From a virus (Duplodnaviria; Caudoviricetes): a DNA stretch of 54,815 nucleotides. Positions 20,001-27,800 of the stretch are shown piece by piece (the stretch's first letter is position 1; each line of letters starts with the position of its first letter). The notes below the pieces were generated by a model that did not search any database, was not told where the DNA came from, and worked only from the letters and a program-made list of their open reading frames with translations. Position numbers and translations under genes: made by a program. The stretch covers positions 1 to 54,815 of the IMG/VR virus record IMGVR_UViG_3300024999_000137. The stretch is one strand, 5' to 3'.

Positions 20001-21047
20001 GCGGGCCTTCTCCGGGATCTTCTCCAGGTTGCGTATTTTGTTGCTCCAGAATTGAGCGTCCTTCTCCTGCGCCTTCACCGGCTTTTCCGGAAAAGCTGCT
20101 TCCACCGTGCCGAACAGGGGGCCGGAGATTGCGCCGGCCGCGAATGAGTTGAGATAACCGGACATGGCTTCCTTGTCGGCCATGTCCGTCTCGGGATGGT
20201 TTACCTTTTCGTTCAGGACGCCGATGAACTCCTGAAAAACTTCCTGCATGCCTTCCTTGCCGGAAGCCTTCGGGATTTCCTTCCCGGCCCTGCGCAGGAA
20301 AGCCTTCATCCCCCGGACGGCCTCGACGGCATCCTTGACGCCCTTCGGCTTGCTGGCCCCCATCACCCGGGTGATGAGCTGGCCGGACGGGCTGATCACC
20401 TCTGACAATCCCGAGATGGCCCCAAACGCCGCGGCGGAATACGGGTTTGCCTGATCAACCCCGTATTTCTCGGCATCGTCGGCCCACATGCCGCCCGCTT
20501 CCATGGCGCCGACCCCGGAAACGATACCCGCCTTGACGCCGGCATCCCGCATGCCTTTCTTGGCCAGCTGCTTCGCTGTCCTCTTCGCCACACCTTCGGC
20601 AAGCTGCCTGGCCACTTCTCGCTTCAGGCTACTCTTCAGCACGGTGCGGCCGACAATGCCAGCCACCCCGCCACCAGCGGCAGCGAAAACGCCGGCCTCG
20701 ATCATGGACGGCGCCAGCTTGCCAACGGTCCCCATGGCCCATTTGCCGGCGTCGCCCACTGAGCGGATATCTTCCACCCGTGCAACATCGATAGGGTTGA
20801 GCGCCGCCTCCTTCATGTTGCTTTCGTAGCTGGCGAATCCTGCGTCCCGTATCGTGTCTGAGCCGATGGCGTCACCGGCCAGGCCAACCGCACCCCCCAG
20901 CAGACCCTGGACTTCATCGACTCCGGATTCAAACCCGCGCCGGATGTTCGACTTGGTGGCTATGTTATGGTCGCGCTGCGCTTCGGCGTCGGCCTGCTCA
21001 AACAATTCATTAAAGTCGATGCCGTCCAGGAATTTTGTGTCCATCAT
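8019..21047 (-). CDS. giant polyvalent internal virion protein with DarB-like N6-adenine MTase and SNF2 helicase
   Basis: MLEPSMGAGNF and IGNPPF (MTase); DHVVGAGKS, DEAH, ATGTPVSNS, WRPSDLEQREGRILRQGN (SF2 helicase); last gene of the ejection-protein cluster. Confidence 0.92.
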   Translation of the reverse strand: MMDTKFLDGIDFNELFEQADAEAQRDHNIATKSNIRRGFESGVDEVQGLLGGAVGLAGDAIGSDTIRDAGFASYESNMKEAALNPIDVARVEDIRSVGDAGKWAMGTVGKLAPSMIEAGVFAAAGGGVAGIVGRTVLKSSLKREVARQLAEGVAKRTAKQLAKKGMRDAGVKAGIVSGVGAMEAGGMWADDAEKYGVDQANPYSAAAFGAISGLSEVISPSGQLITRVMGASKPKGVKDAVEAVRGMKAFLRRAGKEIPKASGKEGMQEVFQEFIGVLNEKVNHPETDMADKEAMSGYLNSFAAGAISGPLFGTVEAAFPEKPVKAQEKDAQFWSNKIRNLEKIPEKARTDRMRFNLEEAKRELADLAGTKVRPTAVDSTGKPLFSGPAYSAEDEAAAQARANQYNQVKNAKKQVYRDQPGAPAQAGSPAISDNEAKLFSFEAGMAAQESNRKVPEPSDNYQVVKGGEELFADIAGSNEELGRATVRDNSIRSFQEGFTGKKQPKPETGEQTPVAEQQPAQPKEDARDRFFAALKAARPTAIDEAAHEAAASPMNDIPEPTTSPEVADATQRQSEEYAPATWDNIKPGQQVTLYRGESDDNNNGGEWWTTDKSKAAKYGKVTSVTLPAETIGKHAAQGHSPDKNEFVFPTVSPVKLAENPASKPEAPTTPATDRTQDSAEYPASPGLAGSKAPLSIKPLSEKSILVVGETFTHKNRLNKNGLRGMWNKIHQGWMFPKKREAEVRAALADLTGETIVAKVAEENIQPTLQDRTAKEKAEAKKVFDRLFKISAEKGFIEGGFETPRVTDKDVEKAIKGTSLDVYSLKTGLFGYAILRDYTGPGPRQYNLTREKDKADEAPSVGKDPVAPVAASGEKDSRAADAPGGSGGVAPVLREKPAIDDEITAISMDALDGMFDAAEGKTETKKVEVRQFRIGDLIEPTPENSYFLKPGIVAHIQADGRIRLADQSRHWSPGDYRLADKEEIDKFDQPRAETVPAPSEKASPAKNEVIAEADKMRDLDLLLVHRQKISMAKGVPFLTKDQQLAFMAEGEGFSDGHFHLREEFVSKELRDRAASVAAKHAGNNIYNMPKGGQNEFYAKLDSDKPLNVALHIDKNVPFVDEDNREKIVLSKSGRVYVAEGEGDGAVILDADKLDFVVGQLVDAGRNIYDIRLVGKDQDRPVIITAGGNPAAAIMPVGTYRTPRRISAIRALLSFSKPPKPARGFGGLGYSETRKKLISYLRRGAEVPTEVLDAHPDIRDKFKNYDPNEKASPSPQSAADIAAKAAKAGAEGVGEAINGLYELFGGASLKSFPGNIDKDTYLKAKPHFEAALDKFRQAGKSLADLVKFLVENFGANIRPYAKAWVSEKQGAWTSEPVDNQAETSDIKEKGDKKNGQQGADRPKQDLPGNPDEVVTVSPEAAAPGNGKGNQDNAGGGGAGLPGDAGLDGRGADGSRSDGGDQADDVPENLDGTGLDGRVAGNYRITSGDIEALYKRGQSRRISDNFGAIGLMKTLQSAGRKATAAEQGKLALYSGWGGLNGIFNTQNESLAGKRRELEKLLTREEFEEARSSSRTAFYTSPVVVDAIYSAVRRLGVRGGRMLEPSMGAGNFVGLMPSSFRSGTTVTGVELDIITGGIAKLLYPNANISAPIGFQDVSLKEGSFDFAIGNPPFSELKVRDKGFTALGINGEPLRQSLHNFFFSKAIHALRPGGISAMVVSNSLMDKGAMDDRIWMARHAELLGAIRLPDTAFLGNTGTTVTTDIVFFQKRQAPLEWDAAAIGANEWVKTTTVPDQNGGEPIPVSQYFAANPHMMLGSMTRQGSMYRADLPTLSPREGGNLADDLAEAIKSLPEGIFTKTTSFIDPSVAIKADSDIPQGTKVNGFFIAKGGAVRMRMPDENGAAVSGPPTRWKAGEKADVVLTAEQQKKVKAAIPVRNALSDLISEESSVAGNSARMDRLRQTLNQKYDAFVAEHSFFHMQGNKSALAADPDYPRLLALEENFDIGITAAVAKKTGEKKRGPSADKAAIFFDRVINPDKEIKKVENGTDALLVSLNESGTVDMARMMELTGKSEEYLVNELGDAIYEDPQDGYVTKDQYLSGNVKAKLSAAKQAAINDPRFRENVEALKKVQPEDIAPEDIRAFMSSPWLTQEVFDSFADHLLDGQVVAKYNDKLGRWFASVSAGNRAKSKEHGTEHMGAETLMEKLITNSSIVIRNWEGKNDIEATMAANSAAGEIRAKFEEWLWNGPGSKERRKTYGRIYNDLYNTHAKRKFDGGHMTFSGMAKSIKLRVHQINAVWRAIQDGMVLLDHVVGAGKSFAFVATAMEMKRMGLVNKPLFVVPNHLIEQWAADFYRLYPGANILAAGKSDFAKGKRQKLFSRIATGNWDAVIVAHSSFKKIGVPAAEHREYIREQIAEYEAAIREAAQDAAPRSIVKQMENKRDKLKDQLKVIAEQQDTVMDFKEMGVDAVFVDEAHEFKNLGFATRKGSTPGLGNTTGSQMATDLFIKARIIQQANKGRGVFLATGTPVSNSLAEMFSMQRFMQYDTLVQRRIASFDAWSDVFAERDTDWELDATGVRYAEKTRFRKFVNMPELMSLYMTFADVVSQKKLVAMAEAMGLRWPIPKMKGGTQQRIVVDRSEIQGAYMEAVILRAENMDPKDRKKDNMLKLTTDATKAALDMRLIDPSAPDEPGSKVNRAVREIFDIYKERDAKKGTQLVFLDMSAPKKAVAKQREAYQKLMDAAERGDIAAMEKLDAFPPGFLDMLKSEFSVYDDMKAKLIKMGVRPDQIAFMHDANTDKQKDDLMEKVRTGHVRILMGSTQLMGAGMNVQNRLVALHHIDAPWRPSDLEQREGRILRQGNMFFNADPDGFEVTINRYATKETYDARRWQIIEGKAVVVESLRDFNEESGREVEDITGEAASAAEMKAAASGDPRIMEQVKLSSEVKKLKAIRKSKNRQRNTIARDAEQYQDLLAPGGLYDQIEESLAIYSKAVVEKQEGHFDIVVGGAGYKSAPFVEISREKYQEGEEGDKQHKKANAEAKKAWDEETRLTREGAVDSIQDIFERFFKNPSSPRKYAFMDIEYRGFGIFGEMSTAVDKTGKPLGASFTIVPDGTTVDSVSTALLYKLSTYYSKTDFDNFSPAGFVQRLNNQIGNIAAMRKNNDANRDIAKIRLEELQAAGGEGFTGEEELAGKEQRLNEITAELAADDSRTKDLDPNRWRLLILEANNRKEEGDNFLSETGRAFILEDLVKVIVKGKTFAAAKDHLHRLGNMVYADGSRKFQDFTRAMKKHLGEAWASFRQHVGKLFMEAKKAYQKSPLGNERGAITIDHDLFPKKPDDTPPKGTKPRKTDIDEQVEEDQQEIATGMIKSKHYDRDSNVILDRWFSTPEHYFKKVEAAGRYMKAVLSKTERKVAVENDILGDVIKKLKALQDSNPAEYRKLAAQLLEADRTGKGWKIEMAEDGTWKLMSPKGKVEKENLEEVDAITEMLDAGEADLVKLGFASETIKVWRSVRESFNRGFDYLAVQMRSLMDEAAANGVDTPKVKISAPKPYAVWDNEAGRVIRWFDTQEDANHYVKIEAVVRPDLINILWNHPHTKLHGPTKALVDASKRVDLVVKKYTPGEDEVEVSLTMALAAMGDLRGTYFPRHRDPGSFALIATKKGEDGIREHFDVHAYNYKDDSKEMAWIKDKANYATPMMRRNRELEAQGYHVTIAKDESVSEDVFEAAKLVMAVDAVMQEATAKDNESDVARELNKTVTNQIAGIFKARGFRSSMIQRDHSSYWKGFEEDPLKAAAQYARGMASGIAKRDVARDMVLAITGRDISWQDFKLINGDDAKWEDYVAMVNKRRLSPTTQKNAYHDVMHHMQHYLRNEEAYDRILGTVKGLAVLKFLGFRVSSAAVNLTNMVMAVPAVMHGIGKIPYADAFKHIARAADDYRKFRTGGELLSDDKAIFEEISARGWDEAQFNQEAYQAVRGKFGNAYDSLMRYAMFMFGATEKFNRAATIYGAYKAISEQDNGMSKEDALALAKEVSDKSHGTYGKATLPYFAQGKGPGQTLIRAAYTFQKFSHNYMLTMLDLGFNRRDWKAFSHMLLAPAILSGVGASAAAPLLQGLGLALGFDDPEEDLYKWADEVFGGGEWMRHGVAGLGGRGVNLKGSLQINFAIPTTVNELLGAPASVFLDEYRGMKDVFHGDIMKGAEKMLPTGLGSPIKAAREYREGITTATNMPVFYGDTPVKGDGVDAVIRFFSFNPSSLSSKREEQWNEKEVVDRYSDKRTVIYAEIRRFYLQNPEKQTLTEWAGILADIQAYNEKVRRSGRPDIVMIKPSSIRAAVKKMTRPSRAERAREQ
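16619..16873 (-). CDS. nested +1-frame gene (84 aa) inside the giant gene
   Basis: GAAGGGGG RBS and A-rich spacer before ATG 16873; helical protein-like product while the host frame is a G/D-rich linker. Confidence 0.6.
   Translation of the reverse strand: MDNREPIDQSKIFRVILTKWSQSRQKQPHLATEREIKIMQAAAELAFLEMQGLMAGGLTEAEAMAEIRQTMYPKTLMEPGLMVA
18371..18484 (-). CDS. second nested +1-frame micro-ORF (37 aa)
   Basis: AAGGA RBS; MKLHLWEKILLRLLPPAERRIAVRRMLRGEAVALLPF*; coincides with a low-complexity linker of the host frame. Confidence 0.35.
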   Translation of the reverse strand: MKLHLWEKILLRLLPPAERRIAVRRMLRGEAVALLPF

Positions 21048-21152
21048 TCACTCGCGTTTTGGGTTAACGGTTAGCTCGTTATTGTCTGGGCACGATAATT
21101 TATTTATCCGCGACTTACAACAATTAACACGGCCATGCGCCTTTTTTACCCG

Positions 21153-22664
21153 TTACCACCGATTGTAAACATCACGCGCCGCCCGGCCCACAGCGTTAAG
21201 CCCCTGTCTGGCCCTCTCGAATGGCGACGAGACAACCTTCCCTGCCTCCTCCAGGCTTTGGCTTGCCGCGCCCACCGCCTCGCCAACCACACGCCGGTAT
21301 GGCTTCGGCGGCCCGGCAATCTCTTCTTCAGGCTGCGGCTTCTCTTTCTCGCCGGGCTCCGTCTTGCCTTTGCCGCCGCTCCGCGCTGCAAGCCGCTCCG
21401 CCATGGCCTTGTCACTTTTCCACAGGCTCTTGATGGCGGCCTTCTGGCTCTCCTCGTCCATGCCGCTCAACTTCTGGATGATCTGCTCTTCCCGGTAGTC
21501 GTCATAATTCATACCGGGGTTCATCCACTCATACACCCTGCGGTTTTTGCCGTTCCTGATTTTCTCCGCGATCTCCGGGGTGACGGGAGTTGTGCCGCCC
21601 ATGGTGTGCTCTTCGTAGGAATCCTTTTCCGCCTTCTGGATCAGCTCCGCTTTCTGGTAAGCGGTCATCGGTTTGTTGGCCCCGCTTCCTCCTGATCCCT
21701 GATGAAACACGCCGTCCTCGTCGTAATAGCTGTCACCCTTGTAATACGGCTTGTTTGCGGCTCGCTTCCCTTCCTTCAGCTTGTACTCGTTGGACCGTTG
21801 TTCCACCTGGTAGTCGTCAAAGTCCTGCATGGGCTTCTCAACCACATCTTTCGACCCCTTGCGCTGCTCAAAGCGCACGATGCTGCCGTCATTCTTTTTC
21901 TGAAAATAAAACCGGCCGACGATATTGTCGTTTTTATCGAGGAGGTCTTTCGCATTTGCCATCTGCTCGGCGTTCCAATCGCTCACGGCCTGCGCCCTGG
22001 TCACTGAATCGACCAGGAACTTGTCGCCCTGCAAATAGGCATTTATCTGGTCCATCCCTTGCTGCAGAGTCTTTTCATTTTTCGGCAAATAAATGGGAGC
22101 GCCGGTGTCCTCGTCTTTCCCATAAATGATATGCCCGTTCGGGCTTGCCTCTACGGCCGCCATGAATTGTGGGTTGTCTTTCGAGATTTCAGCCCTTTCC
22201 TGCGGTGAGCGGTCAGCTATGTACTTCCCACCGTCCACCCTGCCGAAAATCTTCAAGCCGTTTGGCAGCTTCGGGTTTATGCTTTCCATGGTCCTTGACG
22301 CCCCATCGAGGTCGCCGTTCTTCAATTGCTGCTGCGCAAATGCCGCATGGCTGGCGATCTCTCCCTTTGTCTTTTCCATGGTGGCCACATCGAGGCCAAG
22401 CTCTTGCGCCTTCAGCCCGATGTGTTCGCTCTTCGCCATGTTGTCGGCCTCGGCGTTGTAGTCTGCCGAATTCTGGTCAGGCAGCCTGCCAGCCGCATAA
22501 TCGCCAGCGTATGCGGCCCGTCTCTTCTCTATGTCATTCTGCCGCTGCGCTCCTTCGAGCTGCACGGCGTTGAGCCTTTCCCGCGCGCCGTTATCCTTGA
22601 TGGTCTTGAATGACTGAGCGAGATTCATCCAGTCTGAGGCTTCAGGTGTTCCGTAGCTATCCAT
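21153..22664 (-). CDS. putative internal virion / DNA ejection protein
   Basis: 503 aa, helical and charged; lies between the small ejection genes and the giant gene. Confidence 0.7.
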   Translation of the reverse strand: MDSYGTPEASDWMNLAQSFKTIKDNGARERLNAVQLEGAQRQNDIEKRRAAYAGDYAAGRLPDQNSADYNAEADNMAKSEHIGLKAQELGLDVATMEKTKGEIASHAAFAQQQLKNGDLDGASRTMESINPKLPNGLKIFGRVDGGKYIADRSPQERAEISKDNPQFMAAVEASPNGHIIYGKDEDTGAPIYLPKNEKTLQQGMDQINAYLQGDKFLVDSVTRAQAVSDWNAEQMANAKDLLDKNDNIVGRFYFQKKNDGSIVRFEQRKGSKDVVEKPMQDFDDYQVEQRSNEYKLKEGKRAANKPYYKGDSYYDEDGVFHQGSGGSGANKPMTAYQKAELIQKAEKDSYEEHTMGGTTPVTPEIAEKIRNGKNRRVYEWMNPGMNYDDYREEQIIQKLSGMDEESQKAAIKSLWKSDKAMAERLAARSGGKGKTEPGEKEKPQPEEEIAGPPKPYRRVVGEAVGAASQSLEEAGKVVSSPFERARQGLNAVGRAARDVYNRW

Positions 22665-22675
22665 TCGTTATCCCC

Positions 22676-23011
22676 TTATGATAAAAAGTATGCGCCAAGA
22701 CCAATCAGGGCGCCTATGCCAGCTCCCCACCACCCAGCGGACGATCCAGTAGACGCCCCTGCCGCTGCACTTCCGGCCGCAGTTGTTCCGGCCGCCGCCG
22801 TACTGGAAGCGGTAATGCTTGTCGCCAATGATGCGCCGGCCACAGCTCCGCCTCCGGCATTCATTGCGGCCCCGCCAGCAGTTTTCCCCGGTCCTGTCGT
22901 TTCAGTCTTCGATCCCTTATCCATTGACCCGAAAGAGCCGGACGCCGTATTGTATGCGTTGGTGGCCCGTGCGGCCAGGTCGGGAGTTTCAAACATTTTT
23001 TCCACTGCCAT
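22676..23011 (-). CDS. Gly/Ala-rich glycine-zipper ejection protein
   Basis: C-terminal GWWGAGIGALIGLGAYFLS hydrophobic GxxxG helix. Confidence 0.7.
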   Translation of the reverse strand: MAVEKMFETPDLAARATNAYNTASGSFGSMDKGSKTETTGPGKTAGGAAMNAGGGAVAGASLATSITASSTAAAGTTAAGSAAAGASTGSSAGWWGAGIGALIGLGAYFLS

Positions 23012-23736
23012 TACAAAGACCCCCTTGCCGTGGTGATCGCGGTATTGAGTTTATTGAATGATTCGTCATCCGCCGATCTCTTGGCGGTAGTCATGGCGGA
23101 ACCTGACGCCTTTGCGCGGGCCAGGTTCGCCGTGGTCATCATGTTGCGGTATTCGCTCGACCCGGTATCAACTCCGCTCCTCAGCGCGTCCCGCTTGGCG
23201 ATGCTGTTTGCCTGAGAAAACCCCTTGGCAACATCGGCCTGCGCCTCTCCCACCCGTTCGCCGACGTTCACCCCCTGCTGCGCTGAAGTCAGCAGCTGTC
23301 CTGATGCATCAAGCATCTTCCTCGCGGCTTCCGTCTTGAGCGGGTTAAGGCTGATCTCGGAATCAAGCGCCATCTGCTGGGCCTTCGTCTGCGAAGGGAT
23401 GAGGGATAGCTGTGCTTCCGATGTCGCCTTTTGCGTGGCGAGATTCGACAGCTCCGTCTCCGTCTGCGAAGGCAGCAGCGTCGTGTTGGCCTCGGTCGCC
23501 TTCCTTTCATAGTCCTGGCCGTAATCCTCCCAGGCAGCGAAATACTTCTCCGCCATAGCCTGCTGGTCCTCGGCAATGGCTGCCATGCGTTTGTTGTACT
23601 CGTAATCGACGGTTACCGTGCTTGTGCTCCCCCCGCCCTTGCACTCGGCCACATCACCGCCGTACATAAAGGAGTCTTCCTCCAACGTCTCCCATGTGGA
23701 GATATCGATGGTCACGCTGTTGTAGATTTTCTTCAC
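23011..23736 (-). CDS. internal virion protein with N-terminal leader ending in CKGGG
   Basis: GTG start at 23736 (GTGA overlap, GAGGTG RBS); Ala/Gln-rich helical body. Confidence 0.7.
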   Translation of the reverse strand: MKKIYNSVTIDISTWETLEEDSFMYGGDVAECKGGGSTSTVTVDYEYNKRMAAIAEDQQAMAEKYFAAWEDYGQDYERKATEANTTLLPSQTETELSNLATQKATSEAQLSLIPSQTKAQQMALDSEISLNPLKTEAARKMLDASGQLLTSAQQGVNVGERVGEAQADVAKGFSQANSIAKRDALRSGVDTGSSEYRNMMTTANLARAKASGSAMTTAKRSADDESFNKLNTAITTARGSL

Positions 23737-24161
23737 GCTTTCACCTCTTTGGTGTATTCGGTATAGCTTTTGTCGAATCCGAACTCCGCCATCCATGAGG
23801 ACATGCGGCGTAAGGTGTAGGTTTTGATCTTGCTGCAGCCAATCTGCGCGGCATACCGCTCAAGGAATTCGTGCGTCGTCTTTGTGAAGGTGAGCGGCTG
23901 GACATCAGGGCTGCACCATGCGTGGTCAACGATGAGGTGGAGCTGCGCCGGGCAGGTGTTAATTTTCTGGATGCGCGTGGTGATGAAGCCGTCCAGCTCT
24001 TCGTTGACCGCCCATATCACCAGGCCGCCAGACAGCACCTCCCTCATGATCCTGGCCAGGTCATCGTCGCCGTTGGCATATTTCAGTGCTTCCAGGAATC
24101 CGCGCCGGATCTGCGGCCATTGATCGGCCAAGAGCTTGTTGTGGTCAAGTAAGGGGATCAT
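23733..24161 (-). CDS. GNAT-fold virion-associated acetyltransferase-like protein
   Basis: LERYAAQIGCSKIKTYTLR..W...GF..SYTEYTKEV pattern; typical position before internal virion genes. Confidence 0.6.
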   Translation of the reverse strand: MIPLLDHNKLLADQWPQIRRGFLEALKYANGDDDLARIMREVLSGGLVIWAVNEELDGFITTRIQKINTCPAQLHLIVDHAWCSPDVQPLTFTKTTHEFLERYAAQIGCSKIKTYTLRRMSSWMAEFGFDKSYTEYTKEVKA

Positions 24162-24309
24162 GAGTGGCTCCTTGTCGCGGTACCGTCAGCTTGTAGATGA
24201 TCTTGATTTCTTCCGCCGCGAACCCGCCAGGGCTGGCCGGGTTGATATGCCCGGTCGCTTCGTTGGAAAAGTCACTTTCAAATCCATTGGCCGAATAAAA
24301 TATGCTCAT
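24145..24309 (-). CDS. hypothetical protein (54 aa)
   Basis: ATGA overlap with the upstream gene; fills the operon gap. Confidence 0.45.
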   Translation of the reverse strand: MSIFYSANGFESDFSNEATGHINPASPGGFAAEEIKIIYKLTVPRQGATHDPLT

Positions 24310-24512
24310 GGTTTCCGACGCATCAATAAAAAACCCATTACCAGCCATCCCAGCACACTCTTAATCGCGGCAATGTCGTTGACGTTTTTGTCAATATGGT
24401 CCGCAACCTCGGCAACTGTCATGCGGCCAAACACCTTTCCGAGTGGGTGTTTTTCAATGACAATCTTTGCCTTTTTTTCCTCGCTTGCTACGACTTTAAT
24501 TTTTACGGTCAT
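24306..24512 (-). CDS. hypothetical protein (68 aa)
   Basis: ATGA overlaps on both sides. Confidence 0.65.
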   Translation of the reverse strand: MTVKIKVVASEEKKAKIVIEKHPLGKVFGRMTVAEVADHIDKNVNDIAAIKSVLGWLVMGFLLMRRKP

Positions 24513-24892
24513 GCAATCACCACTGTGAAAGTTTTGTCCAGATAGGGGAAGCAGGTCACGGTTATTTGGTATTCGCCAGGCGTGTCAAATGTCAGTTCAC
24601 AACTGCCGCCTATCACCTCTTGCTGCAATGACTCGACCGACACAAAGGCATGTTCAGGTATCAGACTGATAGTTACCGCCTCATCGACTGCGGCGGATGT
24701 CTTGTCGATTACCGATAATTGCACCGGCTTATCAGCAACTACGCCATTGTTGATATAACTGGTGGAATCATTGCCGATATCGCTCTCGATATATGATTCA
24801 CCAGCTCCGAACTGCGATTCTATTTGATCATCAGGGCAATAAACTGTTCTGATGATTTCACCTGTTGTGATGTTGTAGATATGTGCTCTCAT
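24509..24892 (-). CDS. tail fibre assembly/accessory protein
   Basis: IYNITTGEIIRTVYCP N-terminus; FDTPGEYQITV..FPY C-terminus; follows the tail fibre. Confidence 0.65.
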   Translation of the reverse strand: MRAHIYNITTGEIIRTVYCPDDQIESQFGAGESYIESDIGNDSTSYINNGVVADKPVQLSVIDKTSAAVDEAVTISLIPEHAFVSVESLQQEVIGGSCELTFDTPGEYQITVTCFPYLDKTFTVVIA

Positions 24893-27800
24893 CGTTTGCA
24901 CCCTATCAGCGTTAAACTTCTGCTGCCAGCCTGGACACCTGCGCTGCTAGTGTAAATTTTCAAATAATATGCCGTAGCATTTGGGCCTGGACTATCGGTC
25001 AACGAGAAAGTTAAAATTCCGCTCCCGCCATACACTAGATTAGGGAAATAAAATGCTGCTGAATAAAGCAGAGATGCACCTCTGTATAGATATATTGTCC
25101 CGACAATTGCTCCTGAACTTCCTACTCTACTTGATCCAACTATTGAGACAGGGACATCAAAGCCTGTCGTTATAGAGCAAGTCTGGACGGTTGTAAGCAC
25201 TCCACTTGTCAAAGACAAATTTGCCTCAGTAAAAGCCGCTACCGGAATAGTGGCCGCATTCCCGGCAATCTTCAGCGTCGTAACATTGGCATCGATAATA
25301 TTGGCTTCGCCAATTGAAGCGATGCCCATATTGGCATTGGCAATAGTTGCAATGGCAATCTTTGCCCCGGTGACTATTGCGTTTTTAAGGTTGGCCACAT
25401 TGGCTATGATTTCATTCGTACCAACATGATTAGCAAAAACCTGACCTGCCCCTAATTGAGCAGCAAGAACAGTTCCTGTTGTAATTTTACCTCCCTGAAT
25501 TGTAGTAGTTTGATTATTAATTCGGGAGGCGGGATCATATGCCCAGGCAGCCACATCTGTGGGAGACATGCCTAAATTAACGGCTGTAGCCCCTGTTATC
25601 AGGACGTTAACGGCTACTCCCAACTTCGTGTAATAATCTTCTACATAGTCTCGTAACTGGGTATCCGGGGAAATAGCCGTGGCTACAGTTGGGGCACTCC
25701 AAACCAATAAAGTAGTGCTGAGGTAACTATAGAGTGCGTCACGGCTGGCCTGTAGGGCGACCACGGCAGCGTCGGCAGAAAGCCCGTAAGCAGTTGCCTG
25801 AGTAATGACACTATCAAAATTACCTTCTTCACCTGGCCACTGTACCCGCCACAGTGCTTTTTCCTGAGCCGACAACCAACCATCAGCGCTCATGTTGGTT
25901 ACTGCAGTCATGGCATCCGCAGCATTACTAGCTACGGTTTCCGCCAGAGTGCCGGCCACATGAGTAGTGTCATTGGCGGTATGGGTGGCAGTCACATCGG
26001 CGCCGTTCTCAGGCTTATCCTCGCCACTTACGGAAGACCACACCGCAGTCAGTGCTGCGGCATCTACCAATGTTTTTGTGACTGCGTAGATTTTATTAAG
26101 CAGTGTCTGCCGAGCGGCATACACATCAGCAAATTTAGCCTGGAAAGTGCTACCAACAATCACCGTATTGCCAAGCAGACTGGACCAGAGCGTTGGAGTG
26201 GTAAGGGTTGCCAGGTAAGTAGTCAGAGCTGTGACCACTGTGTCATAGGCTGTCTTCTCCGTGGTGATTCCGTAAATTACGGCTTGGGCATCAATGCCGG
26301 CTTGTTCCGCTACAAGCACATCCCTATCCCGAATCACCCGTGGTTTTTCATCAATGGTTAACAGGTCATTGCTTACAATTTCTGCTAAGGAGAATAGTGC
26401 ATCATCTGCTGCATCCTGTGCAGCGATAGCCGCATCCTGGGCTGTGCTTGCTACTAAAGCAGCAGCAGCGGCCGCCAAAGCTGCATCATCAGCAGTTGTC
26501 TGAGCAGCAGTGACCAAGATCTTGGTCTTATCATAGATCTTGTTGAGCAGGGCCTGTCTGGTAGCGTAGACTGCATTGAAAGCGGTCAAGAATTCTGATC
26601 GCACAATTATGGTGTTACCCGTTGTGACAGACCACAGTACTGGAGCAGTCAGGGTAGCCAAATAGGCAATCAAAGATGTAATAGAGGTATCGTAGGCTGC
26701 CTTTTCCGTGACTATTGAATAGGCAGTAGCTTGGGCATCAATCCCTGCCTGCTCTGCCGTTAACTGATCACGCAACTGAATAGCCGCTGGCTTCTCTACT
26801 GGGGTAAGCAAGTCTTCATCAGCAATGTCAATCAGGATATTATTGGCTGCAGTGGCATCAATCTGGGCAGCATCTGCTGCTGCCTGAGCAGTATCGGCGG
26901 CAAATTGTGCCCGTAAAATTGCAGTATCTTGAACTGATTCCCATGCCGTGCCAGTCCACCGGTGCAGCAGATTATAGCCAGTATTATCAACGGGGGCTGT
27001 CGTGGTAGGGATATACTGTGCCTGCCAGTGGGTCTCGGCTTCGGTCAACGAATCCAATTCAGTGACTGTTTGACGGGCCAACAAGATACCACTTACCCCA
27101 TCGCCCAGATAACTGGCATTACCCAGTGTAATCTCGGAATAAACCAGAGCACCGTGAGTTACTGCAGTAATCGATGCAGTATGCCCGATACAAATGCGCC
27201 ACCAACCATTACCAAGATCCCGGCTGGTATAATATTCAGGAACACCATTGATACTGCCCGCTACCCCTGTCGTTAAATTATAACTGACACGGCGCAGAGT
27301 ACCAAAGGCACCTGCTACCATGGCCAACCTGGCATAGTTGCGGCCATCTGCTTTGACATCTACTGAGTGCAGATAGAACTTTCCTGTCGTGTATGAGAAT
27401 ACCGGATTGGTTATGTAATGATAGGCGTCAATGGCTGTCTCCTGCAGCTTATCTGCCGTCACTTCGCCGGCGTAATTTGCTGCAGCATCTGGTACAATTG
27501 TTACCCCAGAATTTACTACCCAGTAAGGGTTATCCAAAGCATCTGAGTGCTGGATCCTGTTGTTTGAACCAAGATCAATCCACTGATCATTAATCTGATT
27601 GGCTGTCGGGACATCCACCTGCACGAACACGGTATTCTTGCCGTCTGCCGTAAGCTGGGCAGTATTTCCTGTTGCCTGCGCCGCGTCAGCCAGTACTTTG
27701 GCCTTGGCGTTGATGGCATCAAGCAGGGCCTGCCTGGTAGTGTAAACTGCTGTGAAGGTCGCAATGAATGTTGCCCGCACAATCGTGGTATTGCCGCTGG

